Assembly: GCA_046566325.1 (NCBI GenBank)
Contig: JBKHWX010000236.1
Coordinates: forward strand, 1-47,286
Length of the DNA stretch: 47,286 nucleotides
Reading direction: 5' to 3'
DNA from: Actinomycetes bacterium
GTDB lineage: Bacteria > Actinomycetota > Actinomycetes > Actinomycetales > BWSM-131
Below the pieces are notes generated by a model. It was not told the origin of the DNA. It made no database searches and saw nothing but the letters and a program-made list of their open reading frames with translations. The position numbers and the translations under genes were made by a program. Shown piece after piece: positions 1-10,192 of this stretch (within the stretch, counting starts at the first letter, position 1; each line of letters opens with the position of its first letter).

Positions 1-859
1 GTTGCAGGTCGGCGGCGGCGAGAGCCCGGCCCGCGAACCCCCACAGCACGGTCCGCAGCTTGGGCTCGTCGTGGAACGTCAGCCCGTGGTCGACGCCCAC
101 CACCCGGCCGCCGGGTGCGGCCAGCAGGTGGCCCGCCTTGCGGTCGGCGTTGTTGACGACGACGTCGAAGGCCGCGACCGTGACGAGACGCTCGTCGTCC
201 GCGTGCACCAGGCAGACCGGCTCGCCGTCCACGCCGTAGGCCTCCATCACCGGCAGCCAGCCGTCCGGGACGGTGTCGGCCGGCACGACGTCGACGAGGC
301 CGGCCGTGCTCTCCGCCATCGGGACGACGGCCGTGTAGCGCCGGCCCCTGCGACGCACCTCGACGTCTTCCTCGTCCTCGTAGCGCTGGTCGTCCTCGTA
401 GCGCTGGTCGTCCTCGTCCGGCTCGTCGTCCTCGTCCGGGTCGTCGCCGTCGCCCTCGGCGTCGTCGTCCGGCTCCGGCTCGACCCAGAGCTGGAGGCTG
501 CCGAGGCCGAAGGGACCGTCGCGAAGCACGGTCGGCGGCACGACGTCGAACTCGCCGGCGACGGACACGCGGTAGGCGGCGACCTCCCGGCGGGCGAGCG
601 TGCGGTCCGGGAAGTCCCAGAGGGGACGCTCTCCCGCGACCGGCTTGTAGACGCACGCCGCTGTCGCGGCGCGGTGGGTGACGACGGCGTACAGCGTCGC
701 GTTGGACGCGCTCACGAGGCGCCCCTTCACCTCGACGGTCCCCTGCTCGAGGAGCTCGAGTGCCCCGTCCTCGGTCAAGGTGTTGCCGGCGAGCGTGCGC
801 CAGCGCGGGACGGCGCCCGAGAGGGTGGTCAGCGGCGATACCCGTTCGCTCGCGGGCAC
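1..859 (-). CDS. SCO1664-family (PI3/4-kinase-fold) protein. The 3' end runs off the window edge. The start is uncertain; GTG at 859 is proposed.
   Basis: My minus-strand translation gives ...LLEQGTVEVKGRLVSASNATLYAVV...FDVVVNNADRKAGHLL...GVDHGLTFHDEPKLRTVLWGF. It follows DUF3090 and the histidine phosphatase in the conserved actinobacterial order. It is not in the ORF track because it is open at the window edge. Confidence 0.6.
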   Translation of the reverse strand, partial: MPASERVSPLTTLSGAVPRWRTLAGNTLTEDGALELLEQGTVEVKGRLVSASNATLYAVVTHRAATAACVYKPVAGERPLWDFPDRTLARREVAAYRVSVAGEFDVVPPTVLRDGPFGLGSLQLWVEPEPDDDAEGDGDDPDEDDEPDEDDQRYEDDQRYEDEEDVEVRRRGRRYTAVVPMAESTAGLVDVVPADTVPDGWLPVMEAYGVDGEPVCLVHADDERLVTVAAFDVVVNNADRKAGHLLAAPGGRVVGVDHGLTFHDEPKLRTVLWGFAGRALAAADLQ

Positions 860-1419
860 ACGTGCCCCTCGGGGTCGAGCGGCCCTGCGCAGAACGGGCA
901 GGGCGGCCGACCGGCGGCGACGAGCGCGAGCGCCCGCTTGGCGAAGGCGCGCGCCACGACGCCCGAGATCGCCACGCGCAGCACGGACCGGGAGTCGTCA
1001 CCACCGGCCAACGCCTCGGCGAGGGCCTCCGGGTCCTCCTCCTCGGGGTCCTCCCCAACCTCGAAGCACTCGATCACGACCAGCTGCCGGTCGCCGTCCC
1101 AGCTGAGGCTCATCGTCCCCACCCGGAACTCCTCCTCGATCGGGCTGTCCATCGGGGCCGTGTCCTCGGCGTCGGCAGGGGTCATCGCCGGGACCGGGGC
1201 GTTGCCCCCCGACCGCCTGACCACCTCGTCCAGCAGCTCGTCGACGCGTTCGGCCAGCGCGAACACCTGCTGCTTCTCGAGGGCGACGCTCGTCAGCACC
1301 GGCGCGGTCGCCCCCGCCGGCACCCCCTTCGCCTGCAGGAAGAACGTCCGCCCCCCCGGTGGCCCGACCGTGCCGGCGACGAACCGCTCCGGCGGGTCGT
1401 AGTCGAAGACCTGCGGCAT
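829..1419 (-). CDS. DUF3090-family protein
   Basis: 196-aa ORF. N-terminus is MPQVFDYDPPERFVAGTVGPPGGRTFFLQA and the C-terminus has a CPFCAGPLDPEGHVCPR zinc-ribbon-like motif. It sits between the histidine phosphatase and the SCO1664-family gene. Confidence 0.8.
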   Translation of the reverse strand: MPQVFDYDPPERFVAGTVGPPGGRTFFLQAKGVPAGATAPVLTSVALEKQQVFALAERVDELLDEVVRRSGGNAPVPAMTPADAEDTAPMDSPIEEEFRVGTMSLSWDGDRQLVVIECFEVGEDPEEEDPEALAEALAGGDDSRSVLRVAISGVVARAFAKRALALVAAGRPPCPFCAGPLDPEGHVCPRANGYRR

Positions 1420-1428
1420 CCCTCGACC

Positions 1429-2139
1429 CTACCCAGCGCCTCCGCCGACAACCGCGTCGGACGTCGGGCGACGCCGGCTCCTGCGCCTCGGCGGCAGCAG
1501 GGAGTCGACGGCCCCCCCCGAGTCGTTCGTCCGCAGGACAAACTGCCGCAACGGGGTGTACCGGACGACGGACACCGAGCACGGGTCGACGACGAGCCGC
1601 TGGAAGGAGTCGAGGTGCATCGCCAGCGCATCCGCCAGCACGGACTTGATCACGTCGCCGTGGGAGACGGCCACCCACACCGCGTCCGGCCCGTGCTCGG
1701 CCGACACCTTCTCGTCGTGCCGCCGGACGGCGTCCACCGCCCGGTTCTGCATGGTCCGCAGCGACTCCCCCTCCGGAAAGGCGGCGGCCGAGGGGTGAGC
1801 CTGGACCACCCGCCACAGCGGCTCTCGTGCCAGCTCCTTCAGGGGACGGCCCGTCCAGGCGCCGTAGTCGCACTCCGCGAAGGACTCGTCCACCACGGGC
1901 AGGGGCCGCGGGCGCCGCTTGGTCCCGCCGGTTCCGGCGATCGCAGCCGCCGTCTGCTGGCAGCGGATCTGCGGGGACGTCACGATGACGGCGACGGGCA
2001 GGTCCGCGAGCCGTGCGGCAAGGCTCTCCGCCTGCCGCCTGCCCTCGTCGTCCAGCTCGACCCCCTCCGAACGTCCCGCAAGCACGCCGCCGGTGTTCGC
2101 TGTGGTCCTCCCGTGACGGACGAGCAGCAGGGTGGGCAC
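1429..2139 (-). CDS. Histidine phosphatase family protein (phosphomutase-like)
   Basis: N-terminal RHG catalytic motif (LLLVRHGRTTANTGGVLAGR), and a later VSHGDVIK motif. Confidence 0.8.
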   Translation of the reverse strand: MPTLLLVRHGRTTANTGGVLAGRSEGVELDDEGRRQAESLAARLADLPVAVIVTSPQIRCQQTAAAIAGTGGTKRRPRPLPVVDESFAECDYGAWTGRPLKELAREPLWRVVQAHPSAAAFPEGESLRTMQNRAVDAVRRHDEKVSAEHGPDAVWVAVSHGDVIKSVLADALAMHLDSFQRLVVDPCSVSVVRYTPLRQFVLRTNDSGGAVDSLLPPRRRSRRRPTSDAVVGGGAG

Positions 2140-2219
2140 GTCTGAACGATAGACGCGGGGCGGGTCGCGGCCTGGCCCGGCGTCAGGCGCGTAACGCCGC
2201 GGCTACCGAGCCTGCAAGG

Positions 2220-3047
2220 CTACCGAGCGTGCAGGACGCCGGCCCCCAGCAGCCCGAACAGCGCGAGGGCCAGGGCGATCCGGTAAACGACGAACGGCTT
2301 GAAGTCGTGCGTCGAGATGTAGCGGAGCAGCCAGGCGATCACCGCGTAGCCGATGAGGAACGCGATGACGGTGGCCAGGGCGATCTGCCCCGACGACGCG
2401 GGGGACCGGGCCGCGCCCGACAGCTTGGCGACCTGGAAGAACCCCGACCCGAGCACCGCGGGGATCGCGAGCAGGAACGAGTACCGGGCCGCCGCCTCGC
2501 GGGTGTAGCCCATCAGCAGGCCGGCCGCGATCGTGCCTCCCGACCTCGAGACGCCGGGCACCAGGGCCAGGCTCTGGGCGAGCCCGTACAGGACGCCGTC
2601 CCTCCACGTCAGCTCGTCGAGGGTGAGCTTGTTGCGCGCGTGGCTGTCCGCCCAGCCGATCACCAGGGCGAAGACCAGCAGCATCGTCGCGGTGATCCAG
2701 AGGTTGCGCAGCGGTCCTTCGACGAAGTCCTGCAGCACGAACCCGAGCCCGCTGATCGGGATGGACCCGACGATGACCAGCCAGCCCATCCTGGCGTCCG
2801 GGTCGTCGCGGGGCGCCTTGCCGACGAGGGCCAGGCACCACCTGGTGACGATGCGGACGATGTCACGCCAGAAGTAGGCGAGGACGGCCGCTTCGGTCCC
2901 GAGCTGGGAGATCGCCGTGAACGCGGCCCCCGGGTCGTCCCCACCGAAGAGCTGCCCCACGATCGACAGGTGCGCGCTCGACGAGATCGGCAGGAACTCG
3001 GTGAGCCCCTGGACGACGCCGAGGACGATCGCTTCGAGCCAGCTCAT
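2220..3047 (-). CDS. uppP: Undecaprenyl-diphosphate phosphatase
   Basis: [27 protein letters not shown] signature. Polytopic membrane protein of 275 aa. Confidence 0.9.
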   Translation of the reverse strand: MSWLEAIVLGVVQGLTEFLPISSSAHLSIVGQLFGGDDPGAAFTAISQLGTEAAVLAYFWRDIVRIVTRWCLALVGKAPRDDPDARMGWLVIVGSIPISGLGFVLQDFVEGPLRNLWITATMLLVFALVIGWADSHARNKLTLDELTWRDGVLYGLAQSLALVPGVSRSGGTIAAGLLMGYTREAAARYSFLLAIPAVLGSGFFQVAKLSGAARSPASSGQIALATVIAFLIGYAVIAWLLRYISTHDFKPFVVYRIALALALFGLLGAGVLHAR

Positions 3048-4129
3048 CGGCCGGCGAGCCCGCCCGCGTCGAGCTGTTCGGCGACCGTCCGCAGGACGGC
3101 GAGGCGCCCGTCGGGGTCACCGGCGTACGGCGAGACGTTCAGCGTCGTCACGCCGGCCTGCGCGAAGGCCGACAGCCGGTCCCCGATCCGGTCGGGCGGT
3201 CCGAGCAGGGAGGTGGCGTCGACGAACTCGAGCGGGACCGCCGCCGCGGCCTCCCGGTGCCTGCCCGTGAGGTAGAGGTCCTGCACCAGGGCCGCCTCCT
3301 TCTCGAACCCCATCCGGCAGGCCAGCTCGTTGTAGAAGTTCTGCTCGCGGCTGCCCATCCCCCCGACGTAGAGGGCGCAGTACGGACGGACGGCCTCGGC
3401 CGCCTGCTCGACGTCGTCCGCCACCGCGACGGGGACGGTGGGCACGACGTCGAACCCCTCCATCACGTCGTCCGCGTCGATCCGAGGGTCGCCCGCGACC
3501 CCGGCCTTGCGTCGTCCCTCCCGGACCGTGTCGAGCAGCTGACCGCTGTGCTCCGGGCTGAAGAAGAGCGCCAGCCACCCGTCGGCGATCTCGCCGGCCA
3601 GCTGGAGGTTCCGCGGGCCGATGGCGGCGAGGTAGACCGGGATCGCGGGTCGCACGGGGTGCACGGTCAGCCGCAGCGCCTTCCCGGGGCCGTCCGGCAG
3701 CGGCAGGGTGATGTGCCGCCCCTCGTACCGCAACGGCTTTCGAGAAAGCGCAAGGCGGACGACGTCCACGTACTCGCGCGTGCGGGCGAGCGGCGCGTCG
3801 AAGCGCACGCCGTGCCAGCCCTCCGACACCTGCGGCCCGGACACGCCGAGGCCCAGACGAAAACGACCCCCGGACAGGGAGTCGAGGGTGGCGGCGGTCA
3901 TGGCCGTCATCGCGGCCGACCGGGCCGGGATCTGCAGGACGGCAGCCCCCACCCCGATGCGCGTCGTCCTGGCGCCGATCCACGAGAGCACCGTCACCGC
4001 GTCCGACCCGTACGCCTCGGCCGCCCAGCAGACCGAGTACCCGAGCTCCTCGGCCGCCCGTGCCAGCTCCACGCCGTCCGCCGGCGCCGACCCGGGCCCC
4101 CAGTAGCCGAGGTTCACACCAAGCTGCAT
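3044..4129 (-). CDS. LLM-class F420-dependent (luciferase-like) oxidoreductase
   Basis: [11 protein letters not shown]...[42 protein letters not shown]...[20 protein letters not shown]. It overlaps the uppP start by 4 nt. Confidence 0.8.
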   Translation of the reverse strand: MQLGVNLGYWGPGSAPADGVELARAAEELGYSVCWAAEAYGSDAVTVLSWIGARTTRIGVGAAVLQIPARSAAMTAMTAATLDSLSGGRFRLGLGVSGPQVSEGWHGVRFDAPLARTREYVDVVRLALSRKPLRYEGRHITLPLPDGPGKALRLTVHPVRPAIPVYLAAIGPRNLQLAGEIADGWLALFFSPEHSGQLLDTVREGRRKAGVAGDPRIDADDVMEGFDVVPTVPVAVADDVEQAAEAVRPYCALYVGGMGSREQNFYNELACRMGFEKEAALVQDLYLTGRHREAAAAVPLEFVDATSLLGPPDRIGDRLSAFAQAGVTTLNVSPYAGDPDGRLAVLRTVAEQLDAGGLAGR

Positions 4130-4155
4130 GGCTGGTGAGCCTATCCGCGTCCCGC

Positions 4156-4626
4156 TCAGGCGCTGGACGACGTCTGAGGGCGTGGCGCGCCGTCCCGCTC
4201 GACGTCCTCGACCTCGATCTCGTCGGTGTCGTCCGCGCCTTCGTCGTCGCCTTCGTCGTCGAACTCGTCCTCGTCGAGGTCGTCGAGGTCGTCGTCGTCG
4301 ACGTCCTCGTCATCGTCGTCGCCGTCGTCCTCGTCGCCGTCGTCCTCGTCGCCGTCGTCCTCGTCGCCGTCGTCCTCGTCGAGGTCGACGTACTCGACGT
4401 CGGCGTCCTCGCGCTCGTCCTCGACGTCGTCGTAGAGGACGAACGGCGTGATCTCGTCGTACGCCTGGTACAGGGCCTCGTCGTAGCTCTCGAAGGCGTC
4501 GGCGAGGGCGCGGTACGCGGCCTCCACCCCGGGGTCCCGCTCGCCGCGGCGCTGCTGAGCCGCCGCCAGGTGCTCCTCGAGAGCCGCGATGAGCCGGTCG
4601 AGCGAGACGCGCGGGTCGGTGCTCAT
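4156..4626 (-). CDS. Conserved small protein with a hyper-acidic repeat-containing C-terminus. Function unknown.
   Basis: An internal ATG at 4626 is chosen because the longer ORF (to 4857) overlaps the divergent DUF5703 gene. Sequence is MSTDPRVSLDRLIAALEEHL... followed by a D/E-rich tail with DEDDG x4. Confidence 0.6.
   Translation of the reverse strand: MSTDPRVSLDRLIAALEEHLAAAQQRRGERDPGVEAAYRALADAFESYDEALYQAYDEITPFVLYDDVEDEREDADVEYVDLDEDDGDEDDGDEDDGDEDDGDDDDEDVDDDDLDDLDEDEFDDEGDDEGADDTDEIEVEDVERDGAPRPQTSSSA
4321..4380. repeat. Perfect 15-nt tandem repeat x4 (gccgtcgtcctcgtc)
   Basis: Read directly from the sequence. It encodes (DEDDG)4 on the minus strand, inside the acidic protein. Confidence 0.95.
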
Positions 4627-4680
4627 GCGACGACGGTAGCGGTCCGCGGCAAGGCTTGGACACGGGGCAGAATTGGGCCG

Positions 4681-4869
4681 ATGGACGACCGCTACGAGTA
4701 CCGGGTCCTGACTCTGCCGCGCGGAATGACGCGGAGCGAGGCCCGCCAGCTCCTCACCGAGCATGCGGAGTACGGCCGTTGGGAGCTGGCGCGGGTCCTC
4801 CTCTATATGGGAGGTGCCCGCAGGGTCTGGCTCCGCCGGCGGATCCTGCGGGTACAACGGTCAATATGA
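4681..4869 (+). CDS. DUF5703-family small protein
   Basis: MDDRYEYRVLTLPRGMTRSEARQLLTEHAEYGRWELARVLLYMGGARRVWLRRRILRVQRSI. The part of the track ORF upstream of 4681 is the shadow of the acidic gene. Confidence 0.75.
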   Translation: MDDRYEYRVLTLPRGMTRSEARQLLTEHAEYGRWELARVLLYMGGARRVWLRRRILRVQRSI

Positions 4870-4986
4870 GCGAACCGGGACGGTTTGCGTGACACGGGAT
4901 CGTGTCGCAGGCACTTCCCTGGCGAGGTCCTTTCCCCGGGTCTAGTGTCGCGATCACCCGCCTGGAACCGCGACGTGGAGGTCAAC

Positions 4987-6492
4987 GTGGACCTTTTGCG
5001 CACGAAGAGCGTCGAGCAGTCGATACGTGAGACCGACGAGCCCGGCCACAAGCTGAAGAAGAGCCTGACCGCGTTAGACCTGACGGTATTCGGCATCGGC
5101 GTCATCATCGGGACCGGCATCTTCGTCCTGACAGGACAGCAGGCCGCTATCAACGCAGGGCCTGCCGTCGTCCTGTCCTTCCTGCTGGCGGCGGTGGCCT
5201 GTGGGCTCGCCGCGCTCTGCTACGCGGAGTTCGGGTCGACCGTCCCCGTCGCCGGGAGCGCGTACACCTTCTCCTACGCCACCCTCGGTGAGTTCGTGGC
5301 CTGGATCATCGGATGGGACCTCGTCCTGGAGCTGGCGCTCGGAGCAGCCGTGGTCGCGCGTGGCTGGTCGGCCTACCTCCAGACGCTGCTCGGCCTGCCG
5401 GACTGGTTGGCCGGTGACAAGGCGGTGCCCGACATCGGTGCGATCTTCATCGTCGCGGTTCTCGCAACGCTCGGCGTGGTCGGCACGAAGCTGTCGAGCC
5501 GGTTCACTGCGATCCTCGTCGCCATCAAGCTGGCCGTCATCCTGCTCGTCATCGTGCTCGGTGCGTTCTACATCAAGACCGAGAACTACTCGCCGTTCGT
5601 GCCGGCGGCCCAGTCCCCCGCCGGGACCGAGCACGCGGGCATCATGCACCAGCCGCTCATCCAGGTCATCTTCGGTCTGCAGCCGCAGGTGTACGGAGTC
5701 TTCGGTGTGGTCGCCGCGGCGTCCGTCCTGTTCTTCGCGTACATCGGCTTCGACATCGTGGCGACCGCTGCCGAGGAGACACGCAACCCCCAGCGTGACG
5801 TGCCGCGCGGCATCATCGGCTCACTCATCATCTGCACGATCCTGTACATGCTGGTCTCGGCCGTGATCACCGGCATGGTGAAATACACGGACCCGAGGCT
5901 CAACAGCGCCGACCCGCTCGCCGAGGCGTTCGCCACCGTCGGCAACACATGGGCGGCGAAGATCATCGCGCTGGGTGCGGTCTGTGGCATCACGACCGTG
6001 ATCCTCGTGCTGCTGCTCGGGCAGAGCCGGGTGCTGTTCGCGATGTCACGCGACGGGCTGCTGCCAACCGGGCTGGCCAGGGTCCACCCGCGTTACGGAA
6101 CGCCGTGGCTGATCACCGTCGTGACGTCCATCTGCGTGGCGATCCTCGCCGGGTTCGTGCCACTTTCCAAGCTGTCCGAGCTGGTGAGTATCGGGACGCT
6201 TTTCGCCTTCGTAGTCGTGTGCCTCGGTGTGATCATCCTGCGCCGCAAGCGGCCAGACCTGCCGCGCGCCTTCAAGACGCCCGGCGTCCCGTGGCTGCCG
6301 ATCCTCGCGATCCTCGCCTGTGCCTGGCTGATGCTGAACCTGCCGCTCGACACCTGGCTGCGGTTCGTCGTCTGGATGGTCGCGGGGCTCCTGATCTACT
6401 TCGTCTACGGCGCACGGCACAGCCGCCTGGCGCTGGCTCAGCGGCTGACCTCGGAGGAAGACAGGCCGAGCCGCCCGTCAGCAGGACGATAG
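4987..6492 (+). CDS. APC-superfamily amino acid permease (cationic amino acid transporter-like)
   Basis: VDLLRTKSVEQSIRETDEPGHKLKKSLTALDLTVFGIGVIIGTGIFVLTG, with multiple TM segments. GTG at 4987 is preceded by GGAGG with a 5-nt spacer. Confidence 0.85.
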   Translation: MDLLRTKSVEQSIRETDEPGHKLKKSLTALDLTVFGIGVIIGTGIFVLTGQQAAINAGPAVVLSFLLAAVACGLAALCYAEFGSTVPVAGSAYTFSYATLGEFVAWIIGWDLVLELALGAAVVARGWSAYLQTLLGLPDWLAGDKAVPDIGAIFIVAVLATLGVVGTKLSSRFTAILVAIKLAVILLVIVLGAFYIKTENYSPFVPAAQSPAGTEHAGIMHQPLIQVIFGLQPQVYGVFGVVAAASVLFFAYIGFDIVATAAEETRNPQRDVPRGIIGSLIICTILYMLVSAVITGMVKYTDPRLNSADPLAEAFATVGNTWAAKIIALGAVCGITTVILVLLLGQSRVLFAMSRDGLLPTGLARVHPRYGTPWLITVVTSICVAILAGFVPLSKLSELVSIGTLFAFVVVCLGVIILRRKRPDLPRAFKTPGVPWLPILAILACAWLMLNLPLDTWLRFVVWMVAGLLIYFVYGARHSRLALAQRLTSEEDRPSRPSAGR

Positions 6493-7827
6493 GAGACGGT
6501 CGAGGACGCGGGTGCCGAACCGGAGCGCATCCACCGGCACCCGCTCGTCGACCCCGTGGAACAGGCCCGCGAAGTCGAGGTCGGCGGGTAGCCGCAGCGG
6601 CGCGAAGCCGAAGCCGCGGATCCCGAGGTCGCTGAACGACTTGTTGTCCGTTCCCCCCGAGAGGCAGTAGGGCAGCACGCGTGCCCCCGGGTCCTCGGCG
6701 AGCAGCGCGGCGACCATGGCGTCCTGCAGGGTGCCCTCGAAGGGGACCTCGAGGGCGACGTCCTGGTGCGCGATCTCGACGTCGACCCCCTCGCCGGCGA
6801 GCCGCGTGATCGTGTCGAGCAGCTCGTCGTCCCGGCCGTTGAGGAAGCGGCAGTCGACCAGCGCCTGCGCCGAACCGGGGATCACGTTGTGCTTGTAGCC
6901 CGCCTGCAGCACGGTCGGGTTCGCGGTGTTCTGCAGGGTCGCGCCGACCCAGCGCGCGGTCGTCCCCAGCCGGCTCAGCAGCTGCTCCGGGTTGTCCGGG
7001 TCGAACTCGACCCCGGTGATCTCCGTGACGCCGTCGAGGAAGGCTCGGACCGTGGGGGTCAGCTCCAGAGGCCATTCGTACGTCCCGATCCGGGCGACGG
7101 CCCGGCACAGCCGCGTGACGGCGTTGTCCGTTCCGACCTGGCTGCCGTGCCCGGCGCGTCCGGAGGCGACGAGCCGCAGCCACATCACCCCCTTCTCGGC
7201 GGTCTGCAGCAGGTAGCACCACTGCCCTTCCAGCTCGATGGAGAAGCCGCCCACCTCGCTGATGGCCTCGGTGACGCCCTCGAACAGGTCGGGCCGGTGG
7301 GTGACGAGGTACTTCGCGCCCTTGACGCCGCCCGCCTCCTCGTCGGCGAGGAACGCGAACACGAGGTCGCGGGACGGCCGTCGGCCCTGCCTCACGATCT
7401 GCCGCAGGACCGCCAGCAGCATCGCGTCCATGTCCTTCATGTCCACCGCGCCGCGTCCCCAGAGGCAGCCGTCCCGCTCCTCCCCCGCGAACGGGTCCAC
7501 CTGCCAGTCCGCAGCGTTCGCGGGCACGACGTCCAGGTGACCGTGCAGCAGCAGGCCGCCGGGTGCGGCGTCCCGGCCCTCGCCGCCCTCCCCACCTTCG
7601 AGACGGACGACGACACTCGCCCTCGTAGGCTCGCTCTCGACGAGCTCGGGCTCGAGACCGACCTCGGTGAGCAGGCCCATGACGTACTCGGCAGCTGCTC
7701 GCTCCCCCGGCCCGGAGGAGTCGCCGAAGTTGGAGGTGTCGATCCGGATCAGGTCCCGGCAGATGTCCACGACCTCCGACTCCGCGGTGATCGGCGTTCC
7801 GTCTCGGGGACCGGGCTCGGCGCTCAT
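6478..7827 (-). CDS. M20/M25/M40-family metallohydrolase
   Basis: HGHLDVVPANAADWQVDPFAGEERDGCLWGRGAVDMKDM metal-binding motifs. 449 aa. Its 3' end overlaps the convergent permease by 15 nt. Confidence 0.85.
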   Translation of the reverse strand: MSAEPGPRDGTPITAESEVVDICRDLIRIDTSNFGDSSGPGERAAAEYVMGLLTEVGLEPELVESEPTRASVVVRLEGGEGGEGRDAAPGGLLLHGHLDVVPANAADWQVDPFAGEERDGCLWGRGAVDMKDMDAMLLAVLRQIVRQGRRPSRDLVFAFLADEEAGGVKGAKYLVTHRPDLFEGVTEAISEVGGFSIELEGQWCYLLQTAEKGVMWLRLVASGRAGHGSQVGTDNAVTRLCRAVARIGTYEWPLELTPTVRAFLDGVTEITGVEFDPDNPEQLLSRLGTTARWVGATLQNTANPTVLQAGYKHNVIPGSAQALVDCRFLNGRDDELLDTITRLAGEGVDVEIAHQDVALEVPFEGTLQDAMVAALLAEDPGARVLPYCLSGGTDNKSFSDLGIRGFGFAPLRLPADLDFAGLFHGVDERVPVDALRFGTRVLDRLLSSC

Positions 7828-7948
7828 TTCGGCAGGCTAGCGAGCGCGGCGCCAGGGTGGGGTTGCGGTAGGAACGCCGTGAGCGAGCTGGCGTGCACCG
7901 TCGTCAGGCAACGAGCCGGCACTGGGCCGGCAGTGAGGAGCTGGCCCC

Positions 7949-9193
7949 ATGGGGAACACCCCGAACCCGCTCGAGGAGCTCTCGCTCGACCATCTCCGGG
8001 CGAGGACCAGCATGAAGTGGAGCGCCCACCCCGCCGACGTCCTGCCGCTCTGGGTCGCGGAGATGGACGTGAACCTGGCGCCACCCGTCGCCGAGGCCCT
8101 CAGGACCGCGATCGACACCGGAGACACCGGCTATCCCGCGGGCACGCGGTACGCCGAGGCCCTCAGCGGCTTCGCCGCACGCCGATGGGACTGGGGCGGT
8201 CTGGACGTCGACCGGAGCGCGATCGTCCCGGACGTCATGATGGGCGTGGTCGAGGCACTGCGACTCGTGACGAGGCCGGGCGACGCGGTGGTGGTCAACT
8301 CCCCGGTCTACGCGCCGTTCTACGCCTTCGTCTCGCACGACGGCCGGCGAGTGGTGGAGGCTCCGCTGGGCGAGGACCTGCGCATCAGCCTGGAGACCCT
8401 GGAGTCGGCGTTCCGGCAGGCACGTGCCGTGGGTGGCCACCCGGCCTACCTGCTGTGCAGCCCCCACAACCCGACCGGCACCGTTCACACCGCGGACGAG
8501 CTCCGCGTCGTCGCGGAGCTGGCCCAGCGCTACGGCGTCCGGGTGGTCGTCGACGAGATCCACGCGCCGCTGGTCCTGCCCGGCGCCTGGTTCACCCCCT
8601 ACCTCAGCGTGCCCGGCGGCGAGGACGCCTTCACCCTCCTGTCCGCCTCCAAGGGCTGGAACCTCGCCGGGCTCAAAGCCGCCCTGCTGATCGCCGGACC
8701 CGGAGCGGAGGCAGACCTACGCCGTCTGCCGGAAGAGGTCAGCCACGGCCCCTCGCACCTCGGGATCATCGCCCACACCGCCGCCTTCCAGCACGGTGGA
8801 GCATGGCTGGACGCCCTCCTCGGTGGCCTCGACAGCAACCGCTCCCTGCTCGGCGACCTGCTCGCCGAGCACCTCCCCGCCGTCCGCTACACGCCACCCG
8901 AAGGCACGTACCTCGCCTGGCTCGACTGCCGCGCCCTCGGCATCGACGAGGGCATCGACCAGGACGCGGCCGGTGACGGGCTCGCCGTGGTCTCCGACCT
9001 CGCCGGCCCGGCCCGCATGTTCCTCGAGCGCGCCAGGGTCGCGCTCAGCTCCGGCCACGTCTTCGGCAGCGGCGGCGAAGGGCACGTCCGGCTGAACTTC
9101 GCGACCTCTGCCGCCGTGCTGACGGAGGCGGTCTCGCGCATGGGCCGCGCCGTGGCGAGCCTGAAGCACGCCTCCCTTCCCGCTCAGCGCTGA
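7949..9193 (+). CDS. PLP-dependent aminotransferase class I/II, MalY/PatB-type C-S lyase
   Basis: [21 protein letters not shown]...[12 protein letters not shown]...[13 protein letters not shown] (PLP-lysine motif). Confidence 0.8.
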   Translation: MGNTPNPLEELSLDHLRARTSMKWSAHPADVLPLWVAEMDVNLAPPVAEALRTAIDTGDTGYPAGTRYAEALSGFAARRWDWGGLDVDRSAIVPDVMMGVVEALRLVTRPGDAVVVNSPVYAPFYAFVSHDGRRVVEAPLGEDLRISLETLESAFRQARAVGGHPAYLLCSPHNPTGTVHTADELRVVAELAQRYGVRVVVDEIHAPLVLPGAWFTPYLSVPGGEDAFTLLSASKGWNLAGLKAALLIAGPGAEADLRRLPEEVSHGPSHLGIIAHTAAFQHGGAWLDALLGGLDSNRSLLGDLLAEHLPAVRYTPPEGTYLAWLDCRALGIDEGIDQDAAGDGLAVVSDLAGPARMFLERARVALSSGHVFGSGGEGHVRLNFATSAAVLTEAVSRMGRAVASLKHASLPAQR

Positions 9194-9211
9194 ACGCGCC
9201 GTCTCCTGCTG

Positions 9212-10087
9212 TCAGTCGAGCAGCGCCGCGGCAAGGCGTGGTCCCTCGGCGAGCAGCCACGCCTCTCGGCGCTTGATCACGTCGCCGACGCCGTCGTCCC
9301 ACATCCGCGCCCAGCCGCCGCCGAAGGTCTGCGCCGCAAGCAGCATGCGGTGCCAGCCGACCCTCGTGCCGCGCGGCAGGACGTCGACCATCTGCCGTCG
9401 CCCGTCACGGCTCAGGCCGTAGCCGTCCGCGATGACCCGGCAGCGGCGGAACGGGTCCGCGTCGGCGAGGGCGCGGGTCCGGTCGACGGGGTCCTGTACC
9501 GGCGCCCAGTGCAGGCACGTGTTCGCGACGTCGCGCAGCGGTGTCGTGGGCCCCGCCATGTCGAAGTCGACGAGCGCGACGGGGACGCCGTCCCGCACCA
9601 CGACGTTCTGCGGCGTGACGTCGTTGTGGCCGACGATCGTGGGCCGGTCCACGAGGACCTCGAGGTGCGGCGGGAGCGGCAGCAGGTCGCGGTAGAAGCG
9701 CGCACCCGGCGGCGGGGCGAAGCCCTCGCTCGCCTCGTGCAGGCGGCGGACCAGAGCCCCCAGCGCCGGCAGGAGGCGCTCGTCGGCGACCCACGCCTCG
9801 GGCGGCTGGCCGGCGACCCGGCCGGGTACGTACTCGAGCACATCTCGTCCGGCGCGGTCGGTCCCGAGAAACCGGGGGGCGCCGTCGAAGCCGGCGGCCC
9901 GAAGGTGCTCCAGGTAGGCCGCCACCGCCCGCGAGGTCTCCTGACGTGGACGACGCACCGTGCTGCCGACGCGAACGACCCCGACCGTGACGTCCCCGCC
10001 CGGCAGGGACGTCTCGGTCCGTTCCGTGTCACCATCCGGGTCCTGCCAGCTACCCGCACGCAGCAGCGCGTCGAGGTGGGCCGGCAC
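9212..10087 (-). CDS. Aminoglycoside/choline-kinase-like phosphotransferase family protein
   Basis: HNDVTPQNVVV (HxDxxxxN catalytic loop) and VDFDMAG (DFG-like) motifs. Confidence 0.7.
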   Translation of the reverse strand: MPAHLDALLRAGSWQDPDGDTERTETSLPGGDVTVGVVRVGSTVRRPRQETSRAVAAYLEHLRAAGFDGAPRFLGTDRAGRDVLEYVPGRVAGQPPEAWVADERLLPALGALVRRLHEASEGFAPPPGARFYRDLLPLPPHLEVLVDRPTIVGHNDVTPQNVVVRDGVPVALVDFDMAGPTTPLRDVANTCLHWAPVQDPVDRTRALADADPFRRCRVIADGYGLSRDGRRQMVDVLPRGTRVGWHRMLLAAQTFGGGWARMWDDGVGDVIKRREAWLLAEGPRLAAALLD

Positions 10088-10106
10088 GAGGACGACGGTA
10101 ACCGCG

Positions 10107-10192
10107 ACGGACCGTTGCCCCCACGGGTTGTGCCCCCCACGGAACGTTGCCCCCCACGGACCGTCGCCTGGACGGACCGTTGCTCAGCCCCC
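10107..10192. repeat. About 5 degenerate tandem copies of a 16-17 nt unit (ACGGRNCGTTGCCCCCC)
   Basis: Read from the sequence: acggaccgttgccccc / acgggttgtgcccccc / acggaacgttgcccccc / acggaccgtcgcctgg / acggaccgttgctcagccccc. It lies in the intergenic region between the phosphotransferase start and the tRNA. Confidence 0.8.

Noticed and set aside
4888-4908. Small hairpin (GACACG-GGAT-CGTGTC) downstream of the DUF5703 gene, considered as a terminator or as a riboswitch for the permease.
   Set aside because: It has only a 6-8 bp stem and no U-tract. The 118-nt leader is too short for known amino-acid riboswitch classes and shows none of their features.
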